DNA from: Candidatus Poribacteria bacterium
GTDB taxonomy: Bacteria; Poribacteria; WGA-4E; PCPOR2b
NCBI GenBank assembly: GCA_965116925.1
Contig: OZ220744.1
Coordinates: 3,744,001 to 3,808,000, forward strand
DNA: 64,000 nucleotides
Direction: 5' to 3'
In this document: piece after piece, positions 40,363 to 50,183 of the stretch
How positions within the stretch are numbered: position 1 is the first letter of the stretch
Layout of the letters: every line of letters begins with the position of its first letter
Notes under the pieces: generated by a model
What the model saw: only the letters and a program-made list of their open reading frames with translations
The model's database searches: none
Told to the model about the DNA's origin: nothing
Position numbers and translations under genes: made by a program

Positions 40363-41514
40363 ATGTATACAACCAAGAAGCTGAAATATGATAAGACCCC
40401 TGACTTGGATATGCTTGCTCACGAGTCTGGTCGTTGCTATTGCAAAGTTGTGTCTTTACTCTGGAAAGTCAAGCGGAAGAAAGGGTTTTGGCTATCACAA
40501 GGTGCAGTCCAAAAGTATATGCGTTTGCGTGGCTACAATCTACACTCACAAACGGTACAAGCGATAATCCAATCCTATTTTGATTCGCTCAAGAGTTACT
40601 TTCGGGCTGTCGAGTCAAATCCTGAAGCGAAGCCACCAAAACGGACTCCTCATTTCTACAAGGTGCGTTGGATTCAAAATGGCATCGCCTTCAAAGATGG
40701 TGTCGTCAGGTTGTCTAATGGTAAAGGCAATGCGCCTATTACCCTCAAATCAGATGTCAAACCGGTCTATGTGGAGATGTACTTCCAACGGGGGAGTTAC
40801 TACTTTTCACTTGTCTACAAGGTGCATACACCCCCCAAGTGTGAAACAGACAAAGCGGTTGCGATAGACATGGGTGAGATTCACCCGATAGTTTCTCATG
40901 ACGGACAACAGACCATCATCTACAATGGTCGTGCGTTACGGGCTATCAAACAGTATATCAACAAGTTTAAGGCACATATCCAATCTAAAATGGATAGGTG
41001 TATCAAACGAAGTAATCGCTGGTATCGTCTCAAACGAGTTAAGACCAAGATACTGGCAAAGTTGAACGCTCAACTGAAGGACGCCGAACATAAAATCACA
41101 TCTCGATTTATATCCGACTGCTTAAAGGCGAAGGCGGATACGATAGTGATTGGAGACCTAAAAAGTATCCGGGATAGAGCGAAGTTTTCTAAGAAGTCTA
41201 ACCAGAAGGTTCACCAATGGGCGTTTGCCCGTCTCCAATTCATGATATGCTACAAAGCAGAGTTAGCAGGACTCAAAGTCAAGGTTGTATCCGAGGCATA
41301 CACCTCTCAGACCTGCCCACGGTGTGGCAATCGAAAGAAACCGACAAACCGGAACTATCACTGCAATCACTGTAGCTTTGAATACCACCGAGACGGTGTT
41401 GGTGCAATCAACCTTTGGAACAAAGTATCGGGATTCCTGTTGAGTCCCGTAGTTGGGGCGATGGTGTCCCCGATAGGTGTCAGATTTGATTGGCACCTAT
41501 GTAAATCTGGCTAA
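40363..41514 (+). CDS. tnpB: TnpB with rearranged RuvC-II
   Basis: AIDMG, IVIGDL, VSEAYTSQTCPRCG...CNHC...HRDGVGAINL. Confidence 0.9.
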   Translation: MYTTKKLKYDKTPDLDMLAHESGRCYCKVVSLLWKVKRKKGFWLSQGAVQKYMRLRGYNLHSQTVQAIIQSYFDSLKSYFRAVESNPEAKPPKRTPHFYKVRWIQNGIAFKDGVVRLSNGKGNAPITLKSDVKPVYVEMYFQRGSYYFSLVYKVHTPPKCETDKAVAIDMGEIHPIVSHDGQQTIIYNGRALRAIKQYINKFKAHIQSKMDRCIKRSNRWYRLKRVKTKILAKLNAQLKDAEHKITSRFISDCLKAKADTIVIGDLKSIRDRAKFSKKSNQKVHQWAFARLQFMICYKAELAGLKVKVVSEAYTSQTCPRCGNRKKPTNRNYHCNHCSFEYHRDGVGAINLWNKVSGFLLSPVVGAMVSPIGVRFDWHLCKSG

Positions 41515-41727
41515 CATAGTGGATAAGAATCCCAATGCTTTCGCTTTGGGAGTACGTCAATGGATTTTTAGGGAAAACGCAAGCCTACTGAAGCAATTAT
41601 GTCGAACAATAGAATTTTGCTTGTATAAAAATTTGGTTTGTGCTACAATATGGCAAACTTTTGGAAATTGTCATACCATAAACCATATTCGTTCACTTTA
41701 GAATGAATCTTTTCCGAGGAGGTAACA

Positions 41728-42600
41728 ATGAGAAGTATAACAGGAATAGCGATTGTTAGCATTTTTGTTTTTAGTATTATCCTCAGTGGCTGCGGTAAAT
41801 TGAGCAAAGAAGAGTTTGCCATGGAGATGGATAAATACAACCAAGAAAATACAGCGGCACACACTGATCTGGGTAACCAAGTCTCTGAGCTGAGTGGCAA
41901 GGTTGATGCTCAAGGGGATGCTTTGAGGTCAGAGGTGTCTATGGCAAAAGAAGCTGCCATTACTGCCTCTCAGCAGGGTGATGCGGATACAATTACAGTT
42001 GCCAAAGAGGCAGCTGAAAGTGGGGACGCCAAACTGCGTGAGGAACTTATGCAGACTGCAAATATGGTTGAGGAAAAGGCACAACAGGCCGCCATGTCCG
42101 GAGATCAGAAGCTCCAGGACCAGATTGCTGCCGTTGAGGATACAACCAAAATGCAAGCCCAAAAGATATCCGATTTGGAAGCTGCACTCATGGAGACAAA
42201 AAAGGCACTTGCTGCAACTAAAGAGATGGCTGCTGCCAAACCAATGATGGTGGCTACAGTTCAGTTCCCCAGTGGGAAAGTCGACCTGACTGCAGCTGCC
42301 ATGGAAGCCCTTGATAAAGCAGTGGCAAAGATTCAAGCAGATGCTGAGGCATCGGTCCTCGTCAAGGGTCACGCGGATGGCAGCCCGGTACTCAGGGGAA
42401 GATACCGCAGCAACTGGGATCTTTCTCAAGCTCGTGCAGATTCGGTTGTGCAATATCTCAAGAGCAAAGGCGTAGCGAATACAATTCAATCTCGTGGACT
42501 TGGACATACGGAACCTATCGCTCCAGTTAAGACGAGAGAGGGGCGCGCCCAGAACCGGCGAGCAGAGGTTATTCTCTTGCCGGCTGGCTCGATGATGTAG
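41728..42600 (+). CDS. OmpA/MotB-domain lipoprotein with coiled-coil region
   Basis: LSGC lipobox; KGHAD, SNWDLSQARA, RAQNRRAEV. Confidence 0.88.
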   Translation: MRSITGIAIVSIFVFSIILSGCGKLSKEEFAMEMDKYNQENTAAHTDLGNQVSELSGKVDAQGDALRSEVSMAKEAAITASQQGDADTITVAKEAAESGDAKLREELMQTANMVEEKAQQAAMSGDQKLQDQIAAVEDTTKMQAQKISDLEAALMETKKALAATKEMAAAKPMMVATVQFPSGKVDLTAAAMEALDKAVAKIQADAEASVLVKGHADGSPVLRGRYRSNWDLSQARADSVVQYLKSKGVANTIQSRGLGHTEPIAPVKTREGRAQNRRAEVILLPAGSMM

Positions 42601-42623
42601 CACTTCACACTGTACCTACTTTC

Positions 42624-42668
42624 AGGGAAATTGGGTGGAATCGGCTTCATCCCAATTTCCCTTTTTTT
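42624..42668 (+). terminator. Rho-independent terminator
   Basis: AGGGAAATTGGG...CCCAATTTCCC-TTTTTTT. Confidence 0.8.
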
Positions 42669-42699
42669 ATGATAATTTAAGTTGCTGTTCAAAAAGTGT

Positions 42700-43167
42700 A
42701 TGGCGAGCAAGAACCAACTATTTGAGGCGAAAACGGAATTTATCGGTACACGCGGCGTTAAAGAGTACCGTGAGACCATCCCTGTTTGGGTGAATACAGA
42801 TGATGTTGTGCTAGAAATCGGTTGTGAGTGGGGGACGACAACCGCGTTGATTGCGCCGCATTGTCAGAAGGTCATCGGTACTGACATTAGTCCTAAGTGT
42901 ATTGAGCGTGCCCGGGAAATGCACCCTGACCTGCACTTTGAGGTCCTAGATGGATTCGATGTTAAAGCAGCACTTGAGTTCGGTGAACAGTTTAATAAGA
43001 TTTATATTGATATTTCCGGTTTATCTGGTTACCGGTCTCTGCTTGATACAATTTCGTTACTTATGATGTACGCGACTGTGCTGCGGCCCGAAGCAATTAT
43101 CGTTAAAAGTGGCGCGCTCAAACGTTTTGCTGCACACTGTATTCCGTGGCGGTCAACGTCATCTTAA
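42700..43167 (+). CDS. Small class I SAM-dependent methyltransferase
   Basis: VLEIGCEWG, IGTDIS. Confidence 0.75.
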   Translation: MASKNQLFEAKTEFIGTRGVKEYRETIPVWVNTDDVVLEIGCEWGTTTALIAPHCQKVIGTDISPKCIERAREMHPDLHFEVLDGFDVKAALEFGEQFNKIYIDISGLSGYRSLLDTISLLMMYATVLRPEAIIVKSGALKRFAAHCIPWRSTSS

Positions 43168-43231
43168 TTACCTTTTGAGAGGATTTTTCGTCACCCTAAC
43201 GCTAGACTGACGGATTACCGTTTCACGTACC

Positions 43232-43966
43232 ATGCATCTTCCACAGGGTCCTGTCACTTATAAATATATAGAGGTTGGTAAGACACTCTATCAAGCTGTG
43301 TCAACACGAACACCACGATTTCCGCCTCGTGTTGCGTATGTGATGCTTAATTCACTGTTTGAGGAAGAACGGGAGCCGATTACAGTGTATGATCCGTTCT
43401 GCGGTAATGGCGTCATCCTCTGCACAGCGTACCTTCTTTTTTGGCGGAAAATAAAAAAATTGATCGGGACAGACCTGCATCCGGTTGTGTTAGAAACGGC
43501 ACAGCAAAATTTTCGGTGGATGAAGGAACGAAGTGCCCTTGAGGAGCGATTACATGCGATCGAAGCGTACAAAACCGAGAATGATAAACTGAAAAGAGCT
43601 TATCAGGAACGGTGCCGATTGATCTTTAATCACGCGCAACAGATTCACCTTGATGTAGAACTCTCACAACACGACGCAACTCGGATTCGGGAGCATCTGG
43701 CTTTGATTGATGGGGAAGTCGCCCTCGTCACAGATCCACCTTACGCTCATAATGACCATTGGCATCCGAAGGATGGACCGGAATTAGCGGATTTTGGTCC
43801 TCTTGAACCGTTCCTTCAACAAGTTGCAGAGGCACCGAATGTGGCTACGCTCCTGATCTGTTACCGAGTCGATCAACCAATTCGCAAGTTGTTGGAGACG
43901 TACTTTGTGGTGACGCCGCTCGGCGGAACAAAAGGTAGAGCCATCTATCAATGTCAACCGAGATGA
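43232..43966 (+). CDS. Methyltransferase resembling AviRa-type 23S rRNA methyltransferases
   Basis: FPPRVA, VYDPFCGNGVIL, IGTDL, LVTDPPY. Confidence 0.6.
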   Translation: MHLPQGPVTYKYIEVGKTLYQAVSTRTPRFPPRVAYVMLNSLFEEEREPITVYDPFCGNGVILCTAYLLFWRKIKKLIGTDLHPVVLETAQQNFRWMKERSALEERLHAIEAYKTENDKLKRAYQERCRLIFNHAQQIHLDVELSQHDATRIREHLALIDGEVALVTDPPYAHNDHWHPKDGPELADFGPLEPFLQQVAEAPNVATLLICYRVDQPIRKLLETYFVVTPLGGTKGRAIYQCQPR

Positions 43967-44031
43967 AGCTGATATATGAAATGTAATGACAACCAAAAAC
44001 GGGAATAGGACCGTTGACAATATAACAAGAA

Positions 44032-44745
44032 ATGGACAGATCTTACATAGTTTCTCCACTGCTACTTATAGTGCTTATTGGCTGCTTCGTAGGAAATATC
44101 TCGGTTGGATCGACAGTCGTCTCAGACGCGCCGCCTGAAGGCGAGCGTCCTAATCTACTACATAATGTTGTAGGGCGTAGCGTCGAATCCGCATCGTTCC
44201 ACATCTCTTTCTTTTCTTATAAGCCAAGCTTGGAGCAGCTTACAACGTTGTTGAACAGCCTCGGCGCGCCGGCACTCAACGCCGGGTTGATGCCGGTTGC
44301 TTCTCTGAAACTGAAACACGCGCCGGAGTTATCTTCCCAAATAGCGATTGGGTATTGGACAAATGCTACAGCCCTACCACCACCGACCGCCGCCGACCTT
44401 TCCGCTACCTTTATCCCCATTTCGTTCAGCTTGCTCTATTATCCCGTCCTGCTCCGTGATTTCCTTCCGCTTTACTTTGGGGGCGGCGTGGGGTATTCAC
44501 ACTTGAGTGTTGGTGGCAGTGGTCTTGTCCTATTGGCGCAACAAGGAATCACTCTTGATGATGGGAATTCTGGTTTGACGGGGAATGTTCAAGTCGGATT
44601 AACGTATTTACTTCTCGACGACCAGCTTACCCTTACCCTTGAGGCAAAGCGGATCCTCAAGACTTTCAAGGGGAGCGGTGCGATTCCCTTCGACCTCGAT
44701 TTTGACGGCACTGCGATTGGCGTGGGGATTGGATTGCACTTCTGA
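44032..44745 (+). CDS. Small outer-membrane beta-barrel protein
   Basis: Signal peptide, YFGGGVGY, C-terminal GVGIGLHF. Confidence 0.7.
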   Translation: MDRSYIVSPLLLIVLIGCFVGNISVGSTVVSDAPPEGERPNLLHNVVGRSVESASFHISFFSYKPSLEQLTTLLNSLGAPALNAGLMPVASLKLKHAPELSSQIAIGYWTNATALPPPTAADLSATFIPISFSLLYYPVLLRDFLPLYFGGGVGYSHLSVGGSGLVLLAQQGITLDDGNSGLTGNVQVGLTYLLLDDQLTLTLEAKRILKTFKGSGAIPFDLDFDGTAIGVGIGLHF

Positions 44746-44769
44746 AAGGAATGAATCAGCAGATGGAGA

Positions 44770-45294
44770 TTGGAATTGAACGTAGATTTCTTAAAAGATA
44801 AAACAGTCGGAAAAATTTTGCCTTGGCTCGCTTGGGGATGTCTAGTCGTAATTTTAGGTTGTGAGACCGGTACAATAGACAATTTCGGAGGTATCAAGGT
44901 TGAAACTAATTTTCGGTTTGATCGGATTGAGTTCGACATTTTCTTGCTGAATGAAAACGGTCGTCCATTAATCCAGACCGGAAGTATCTTGACACCGGGA
45001 ACTGGGCCCAGGAGCCTCTCGGAGTCCAAATTCACGGCACATGTCGAGATCTACTCAATGCGGAATGGTGCTAGAAGCAAAAAAGTCTACGATGGACGTC
45101 CCATTGATTTGCGATGGGGGGCACTCGGTGGAAACCGCAGGGTCCTTTTTGCGGAAATACCCCATCGGTTGATTGAAAAAGATGAGCAACGTGACACGAG
45201 GATGGGCGTGATTATTGTCACATTGCAAACGGACAAACAGGGCCCATTTAAGGATACTCTGGAAGATACGCGAATTTATAGCCTAGCCCCCTAA
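44770..45294 (+). CDS. Hypothetical lipoprotein
   Basis: ILGC lipobox. Confidence 0.55.
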   Translation: MELNVDFLKDKTVGKILPWLAWGCLVVILGCETGTIDNFGGIKVETNFRFDRIEFDIFLLNENGRPLIQTGSILTPGTGPRSLSESKFTAHVEIYSMRNGARSKKVYDGRPIDLRWGALGGNRRVLFAEIPHRLIEKDEQRDTRMGVIIVTLQTDKQGPFKDTLEDTRIYSLAP

Positions 45295-45336
45295 TAGGAT
45301 CGACAATTTTCGATCTTTTCTCTCCTTATATTTATT

Positions 45337-45444
45337 TATAGTAGATTTTAGAATTAATGAGACACTCTAAATCGGCGCAGTTACAAACAGCGCCTACCAA
45401 ACATGGGGAGCGAAAGTGCCCGTTTATTTTTTGAATTCACTATA
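45337..45444 (+). mobile_element. MITE family C
   Basis: TATAGTAGATTTTAGAATTAATGAGACAC...GAATTCACTATA. Confidence 0.8.
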
Positions 45445-45562
45445 ATTAACCCACCCGAATGCCTATCGCACAATTTTGGTTAATCCCTTCCTCTCCTTTT
45501 TCGTCATTCTAATATCTAAATATACGCTGCATCTCAACACCTAAGTACCAAAAGAAGGAAGT

Positions 45563-47791
45563 ATGAGTTTCAATCTGCATCAATTCCCTGAAATTAGAAA
45601 ATACCTATTTCTTTTAAGTTTTATATTCTTATTTCCGATTTGTATAAGTTCCGCCGCTGAACCGATAGAATACCGAGCCGAGGCGTATCGAACTTTTCAG
45701 AGCATTGAGATTGACGGGGATTTCAGTGAAACCGACTGGCAGCATGCAAAGCGAATAAATCAATTTGTCCAAACCGAGCCCGATGAAGGGGCCCCGATAA
45801 CTGAATCAACAGAGGTCCGTATCCTTTACGATGAGAAAAACATCTACTTCGGTTTTACCTGTTCAAGTTCCGGTCGTGATAACATTGTTGCCAACGAAAT
45901 GCGTCGAGATGCAGAAAATTTGCGTGAGAATGATAACGTTTTCATCCTTTTGGACACCTACAACGATAAGCGGAGTGGGGTTTTCTTCCGCATCAATCCA
46001 TTAGGTGCAATGCAGGATATAGCGTTGACAAACAGCGGAGATAGCCAGAACAGGAGTTGGGATGCTGTATGGAACTGTCGCTCCAAGATCAATGATACCC
46101 ATTGGACAACGGAGGTTGCCATTCCTTTTAGCCAACTCCGTTTCAACAGAAGCGATTCGATGGTCTGGGGCTTGAATTTTGGACGAACCATCCGGCGAAA
46201 GAACGAGGAAGCCACGTGGGTTCCGGTATCGAGACAGTATGGGAGTCGATCGAAATATCGAACCGCTAACCTCGGTAACCTAGTTGGTTTGGCAGGCATT
46301 GGCTCGTCAAGACGGCTTGAGTTTCTGCCTTATGTCCTACCGGGGGTTAGTCGAATCGAGGGTGATGAGGGCACCGATGGGGTATTCGACATGGGCTTGG
46401 ATCTGAAGTACGGTTTAACCTCGAACCTTACCGCAGATCTAACGCTTAACACGGATTTTGCTCAAGTTGAGGCGGATCAGGAACAGGTCAACTTGACGCG
46501 CTTTAGTCTGTATTTCCCGGAGAAGCGCCCCTTCTTCTTGGAGGGTGCCGGACTATTTGATTTCGGTATTCCTCGTCCGAGTTTCTTTAGTCCGCCTCCG
46601 TTACTCCTCTTTTATAGTCGTCGCATCGGTCTTGAGGAGGGTTACGCCATCCCGATTATCGGTGGGGGCAAGATTACGGGGAAGGTGGGACCTTACGGCA
46701 TTGGCCTGTTGAATGTGTTGACGGACGAATTTCAGACCGATTCATCAGTTACGGATCAAGATGAAATTGTTGATCTGTCTAGGACAAATTATTCGGTGCT
46801 GCGTGTCACACGGGATATCTTCAGTGGCTCTAGCATCGGAGCGATTGCGATTAATAAACAGGATCCGGATACATACAACCGTGCGGGAGGATTGGACTTC
46901 GCATATCGCCCAAACGACAGTATTGATGTTCGTGGATTGTGGGCACGAACTTACGAGGAGAATGTTTCTAGCAAGAATGATGCGATGTACTTTGGCGGTA
47001 CTTGGCGAAACAGTCTACTCCGATTCAATGGAACATATACGTTCATCGGTGAAGATTTCAACCCTGAAGTCGGCTTCGTCCGCCGTCAGGGCAGCCGACG
47101 ATTCCGTGGACAGATACGTTTCACCCCCTGGCCCAGAAAATTCGGAGTACGACGCATCTTCATGGGACCGGATGTTGACTATATTCTTAACCAAGATGAT
47201 GAGCTGGAAACGCGGGAATTTTCACTCACTAATTGGTTTCAGCTTGAGCAGGGGAGTTGGATCAACGTTGAGATTCGACGAACCTCCGAATTTCTTGACG
47301 AGGATTTTGAAATCCGTGATGGCATTATCATACCGGTTGACGATTACAACTTAACTACCCTCAGAACGATGATCGATACGGATCAGGGGCGGAAGATTTC
47401 CGGTCGATTCGGGGCAAATTACGGCACCTTTTTTAATGGTACAAATCGCGGGTTTGATATCCAGGCGAACTTCAAACCGAGCGGACGCCTCGCCTTTGAA
47501 ACGCAATATCAATTTAACCGGGTGAATCTCCCGAACGAAGATCCTTTCAATGTGAATATTTTCGGGAGTCGCATTGTTTATGCTTTTACCACAACCCTTT
47601 TTGCGAAGTTGTTCGCCCAATGGAACAGCGACGATCAAGTGATTTCCACTAACTTTTTGCTCAACTACATCTACCGTTCCGGCAGCGATTTTTACCTCGT
47701 TTTCAACCAGACTTATGATAGTGATGGTGCGAAAACAGAACTTGAAGAATCAACAGTTGTTGCGAAGATGACTTATTGGTGGAATCCGTAA
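45563..47791 (+). CDS. CBM9-like + DUF5916 exported protein, paralog 1
   Basis: IEIDG..E.DW, LDTYND, IPFSQLRF, NTDFAQVEAD, FPEKRPFFLEG, TYWWNP. Confidence 0.85.
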   Translation: MSFNLHQFPEIRKYLFLLSFIFLFPICISSAAEPIEYRAEAYRTFQSIEIDGDFSETDWQHAKRINQFVQTEPDEGAPITESTEVRILYDEKNIYFGFTCSSSGRDNIVANEMRRDAENLRENDNVFILLDTYNDKRSGVFFRINPLGAMQDIALTNSGDSQNRSWDAVWNCRSKINDTHWTTEVAIPFSQLRFNRSDSMVWGLNFGRTIRRKNEEATWVPVSRQYGSRSKYRTANLGNLVGLAGIGSSRRLEFLPYVLPGVSRIEGDEGTDGVFDMGLDLKYGLTSNLTADLTLNTDFAQVEADQEQVNLTRFSLYFPEKRPFFLEGAGLFDFGIPRPSFFSPPPLLLFYSRRIGLEEGYAIPIIGGGKITGKVGPYGIGLLNVLTDEFQTDSSVTDQDEIVDLSRTNYSVLRVTRDIFSGSSIGAIAINKQDPDTYNRAGGLDFAYRPNDSIDVRGLWARTYEENVSSKNDAMYFGGTWRNSLLRFNGTYTFIGEDFNPEVGFVRRQGSRRFRGQIRFTPWPRKFGVRRIFMGPDVDYILNQDDELETREFSLTNWFQLEQGSWINVEIRRTSEFLDEDFEIRDGIIIPVDDYNLTTLRTMIDTDQGRKISGRFGANYGTFFNGTNRGFDIQANFKPSGRLAFETQYQFNRVNLPNEDPFNVNIFGSRIVYAFTTTLFAKLFAQWNSDDQVISTNFLLNYIYRSGSDFYLVFNQTYDSDGAKTELEESTVVAKMTYWWNP

Positions 47792-47846
47792 CGCATGAAA
47801 CATAGGACATTTGTAAATATTTGTTTTTTTTCAAAGGAAACCGTCT

Positions 47847-50084
47847 ATGATTTGCCATTTTAACAGAGTACCTATCACGTCACGGTGTGGAAAATCTTTT
47901 CTTATTCTGTCTATGTGCTGTCTGCTGTTTCCGTTCACTGTGAATGCAGATTCGGACGCTATGGAATACCGCGCTCAAGCATATCGAACCTATCAGAGCA
48001 TTGAGATTGACGGAGAATTCAACGAGGAAGACTGGCAGAACGCAAAAACTATCACTCGACTCATCCAGTATGAACCCGTCGAGGGAGAGTTGATTTCGCA
48101 ACCTACGGAGATACGCATCCTTTATGACGCTGAGGAGATTTACTTCGGTTTTACCTGTTTTGACTCTGATATGTCCAAAATAGTTGCCAACGAGATGCGC
48201 CGAGACGGCAGTGGTCAGGACGGATTGCGTGAAAACGACCACGTCTCTATCCTTCTGGATACCTATAACGATCGGCGCAATGGATTTTACTTCCGTGTCA
48301 ATCCGCTAGGAGCACAGGAAGACATGGCTTTAATAAACAGCGGAGAGAGTCGAAATCAGGCTTGGGATGCGATCTGGGAATGTAGCACCAAAATCAATGA
48401 TAACCATTGGACAGCGGAGATAGGTATTCCTTTCAGCCAACTCCGTTTCAGTAAGAGTGACGATATGACATGGGGGCTAAATTTGGGACGAAGCCTTATG
48501 CGCAACCAAGAGGATGCAACATGGGCACCACTCTCCAGAGCGCATGGATTCTTTGCGCGATACCGCACCGATGTCATCGGCAGTTTAGTCGGTTTGGAAG
48601 GGATTACTCCCCCACGGAATCTGGAACTGCTGCCCTATATCCTGCCGGGGGTGAATCGTATCGAAGAAGATAAACAAACCGACGGGGTATTTGGCTACGG
48701 TTTGGACCTCAAGTACGGTATTACCTCCAATCTTACTGCGGACCTGACATTTAACACCGATTTTGCACAGGTCGAGGCGGATCAGGAGCAGGTCAACCTT
48801 ACCCGCTTCAGCTTGTTCTTCCCGGAGAAGCGTCCGTTCTTCTTAGAAGGGGCAGGACTGTTTGATTTCGGTATTCCACGCACTAGCTTCCGCCGTCCGC
48901 CGCCGTTGCTGCTGTTTTATAGTCGCCGCATCGGTCTTGAGGAGGGACGTGCCATCCCGATTATCGGTGGAGGCAAAATTACGGGCAAAGCGGGACCTTA
49001 CGGCATCGGAATGCTAAATGTAGTAACGAATGAATTTTATGATGAGAGCGATCCGGATGAAATTATCGATCTGTCGCGTACCAATTATACCGTGTTGAGG
49101 TTGACACGTGACGTTTTCAGTGGCTCACGCATCGGGTTAATCGGCATCAACAAGCAAGATACTGACACATACAACCGGGCAGGTGGATTTGACTTCACGT
49201 ATCGGCCAATCGATAGCCTCGATGTACGTGGGCTCTGGGCTCGCACGTTTGAATCAGACATCTCCGGTCAGAACAATGCCTTATACGTGGGTAGCACCTG
49301 GCGAAACAGGGATCTTCGCTTGGAGGGTTCATATACGGACATTGGTGAAAACTTTAACCCTGAAGTCGGATTTATCCGGCGGGAGGGAATCCGCCGAATC
49401 AACAGTCAAGTGCGTTATAGTCCCCGGCTCGGCAAATTTGGGATTCGTCAAATCTATACAGGCCCGGAGTTTGATTTTATCCTCAATCAAGACAACCAGT
49501 TGGAAACTCAAGAGATCACATTGACCAACTATTTTCGGTTTGAAAGCGGAAGCTACATTGGTTTTCTACCTAAACGAACCACAGAACACCTTGATGAGGA
49601 TTTTGAAATCCGAGATGGGATTATTATCCCGCCGGGCGAATACACCTTCACTGAAATGATGATTAGAGGTTCCACCGATGATACGAAAGCACTTGCAGGG
49701 CGATATAGTGTGAATTTTGGCAACTTCTATAATGGAAGCAGGTGGGGATTTACCCTCGACGCGAGTTTCAAACCAAACGGGCGTTTGAATGTTGAGCCTA
49801 TATTTCAGTTTAACCGTGTAACGCTTCCGCAAGACGCATTCAATGCGAGCATTTTCGGTGCTCGTGTGGGCTACTCCTTTTCGACAACGCTTTTTGCAAA
49901 AATATTCGCGCAATGGAACAGCGACGATGACATAATCGCCACTAACTTTCTGTTGAATTATATCTACCGTCCCGGGAGCGACTTTTACCTCGTTTTCAAT
50001 CAGATTTATGACACTGGCGGCACAAAAACCGCACTTGACGAATCCACGGTTGTCGCAAAAATGACTTACTGGTGGAATCCGTAG
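47847..50084 (+). CDS. CBM9-like + DUF5916 exported protein, paralog 2
   Basis: Same motifs; signal peptide. Confidence 0.85.
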   Translation: MICHFNRVPITSRCGKSFLILSMCCLLFPFTVNADSDAMEYRAQAYRTYQSIEIDGEFNEEDWQNAKTITRLIQYEPVEGELISQPTEIRILYDAEEIYFGFTCFDSDMSKIVANEMRRDGSGQDGLRENDHVSILLDTYNDRRNGFYFRVNPLGAQEDMALINSGESRNQAWDAIWECSTKINDNHWTAEIGIPFSQLRFSKSDDMTWGLNLGRSLMRNQEDATWAPLSRAHGFFARYRTDVIGSLVGLEGITPPRNLELLPYILPGVNRIEEDKQTDGVFGYGLDLKYGITSNLTADLTFNTDFAQVEADQEQVNLTRFSLFFPEKRPFFLEGAGLFDFGIPRTSFRRPPPLLLFYSRRIGLEEGRAIPIIGGGKITGKAGPYGIGMLNVVTNEFYDESDPDEIIDLSRTNYTVLRLTRDVFSGSRIGLIGINKQDTDTYNRAGGFDFTYRPIDSLDVRGLWARTFESDISGQNNALYVGSTWRNRDLRLEGSYTDIGENFNPEVGFIRREGIRRINSQVRYSPRLGKFGIRQIYTGPEFDFILNQDNQLETQEITLTNYFRFESGSYIGFLPKRTTEHLDEDFEIRDGIIIPPGEYTFTEMMIRGSTDDTKALAGRYSVNFGNFYNGSRWGFTLDASFKPNGRLNVEPIFQFNRVTLPQDAFNASIFGARVGYSFSTTLFAKIFAQWNSDDDIIATNFLLNYIYRPGSDFYLVFNQIYDTGGTKTALDESTVVAKMTYWWNP

Positions 50085-50183
50085 TTCGTGAAACGTAAAA
50101 CGTGAAACCTATAAAGCAAGCAAACAACATCAGGACTTGCTCAATAGAATCAATTCTGGAGCCATTTTGAAAGGAGACCGTTT

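Larger units (their letters stand above)
40178..41560 (+). mobile_element. Non-autonomous IS200/IS605-type tnpB element (left boundary uncertain)
   Basis: Related hairpins AATCCCAATCCTTTAGGTTTGGAG and GAATCCCAATGCTTTCGCTTTGGGAG; right end TCAA with GAAT guide, as in IS608. Confidence 0.8.

Noticed and set aside
41140..41300. Second TnpB as a nuclease-dead TldR
   Set aside because: A compensating Glu is present in the ExxTS motif, and both Asp residues and the IS ends are retained.
36494..41560. Composite transposon formed by the two tnpB elements around phyH and the oxidoreductase
   Set aside because: The elements are on opposite strands with different ends; Y1 transposition needs a left and right end on the same strand.
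41929..42603. 224-aa ORF antisense to the OmpA-domain gene
   Set aside because: Shadow of an Ala/Glu/Lys-rich frame.
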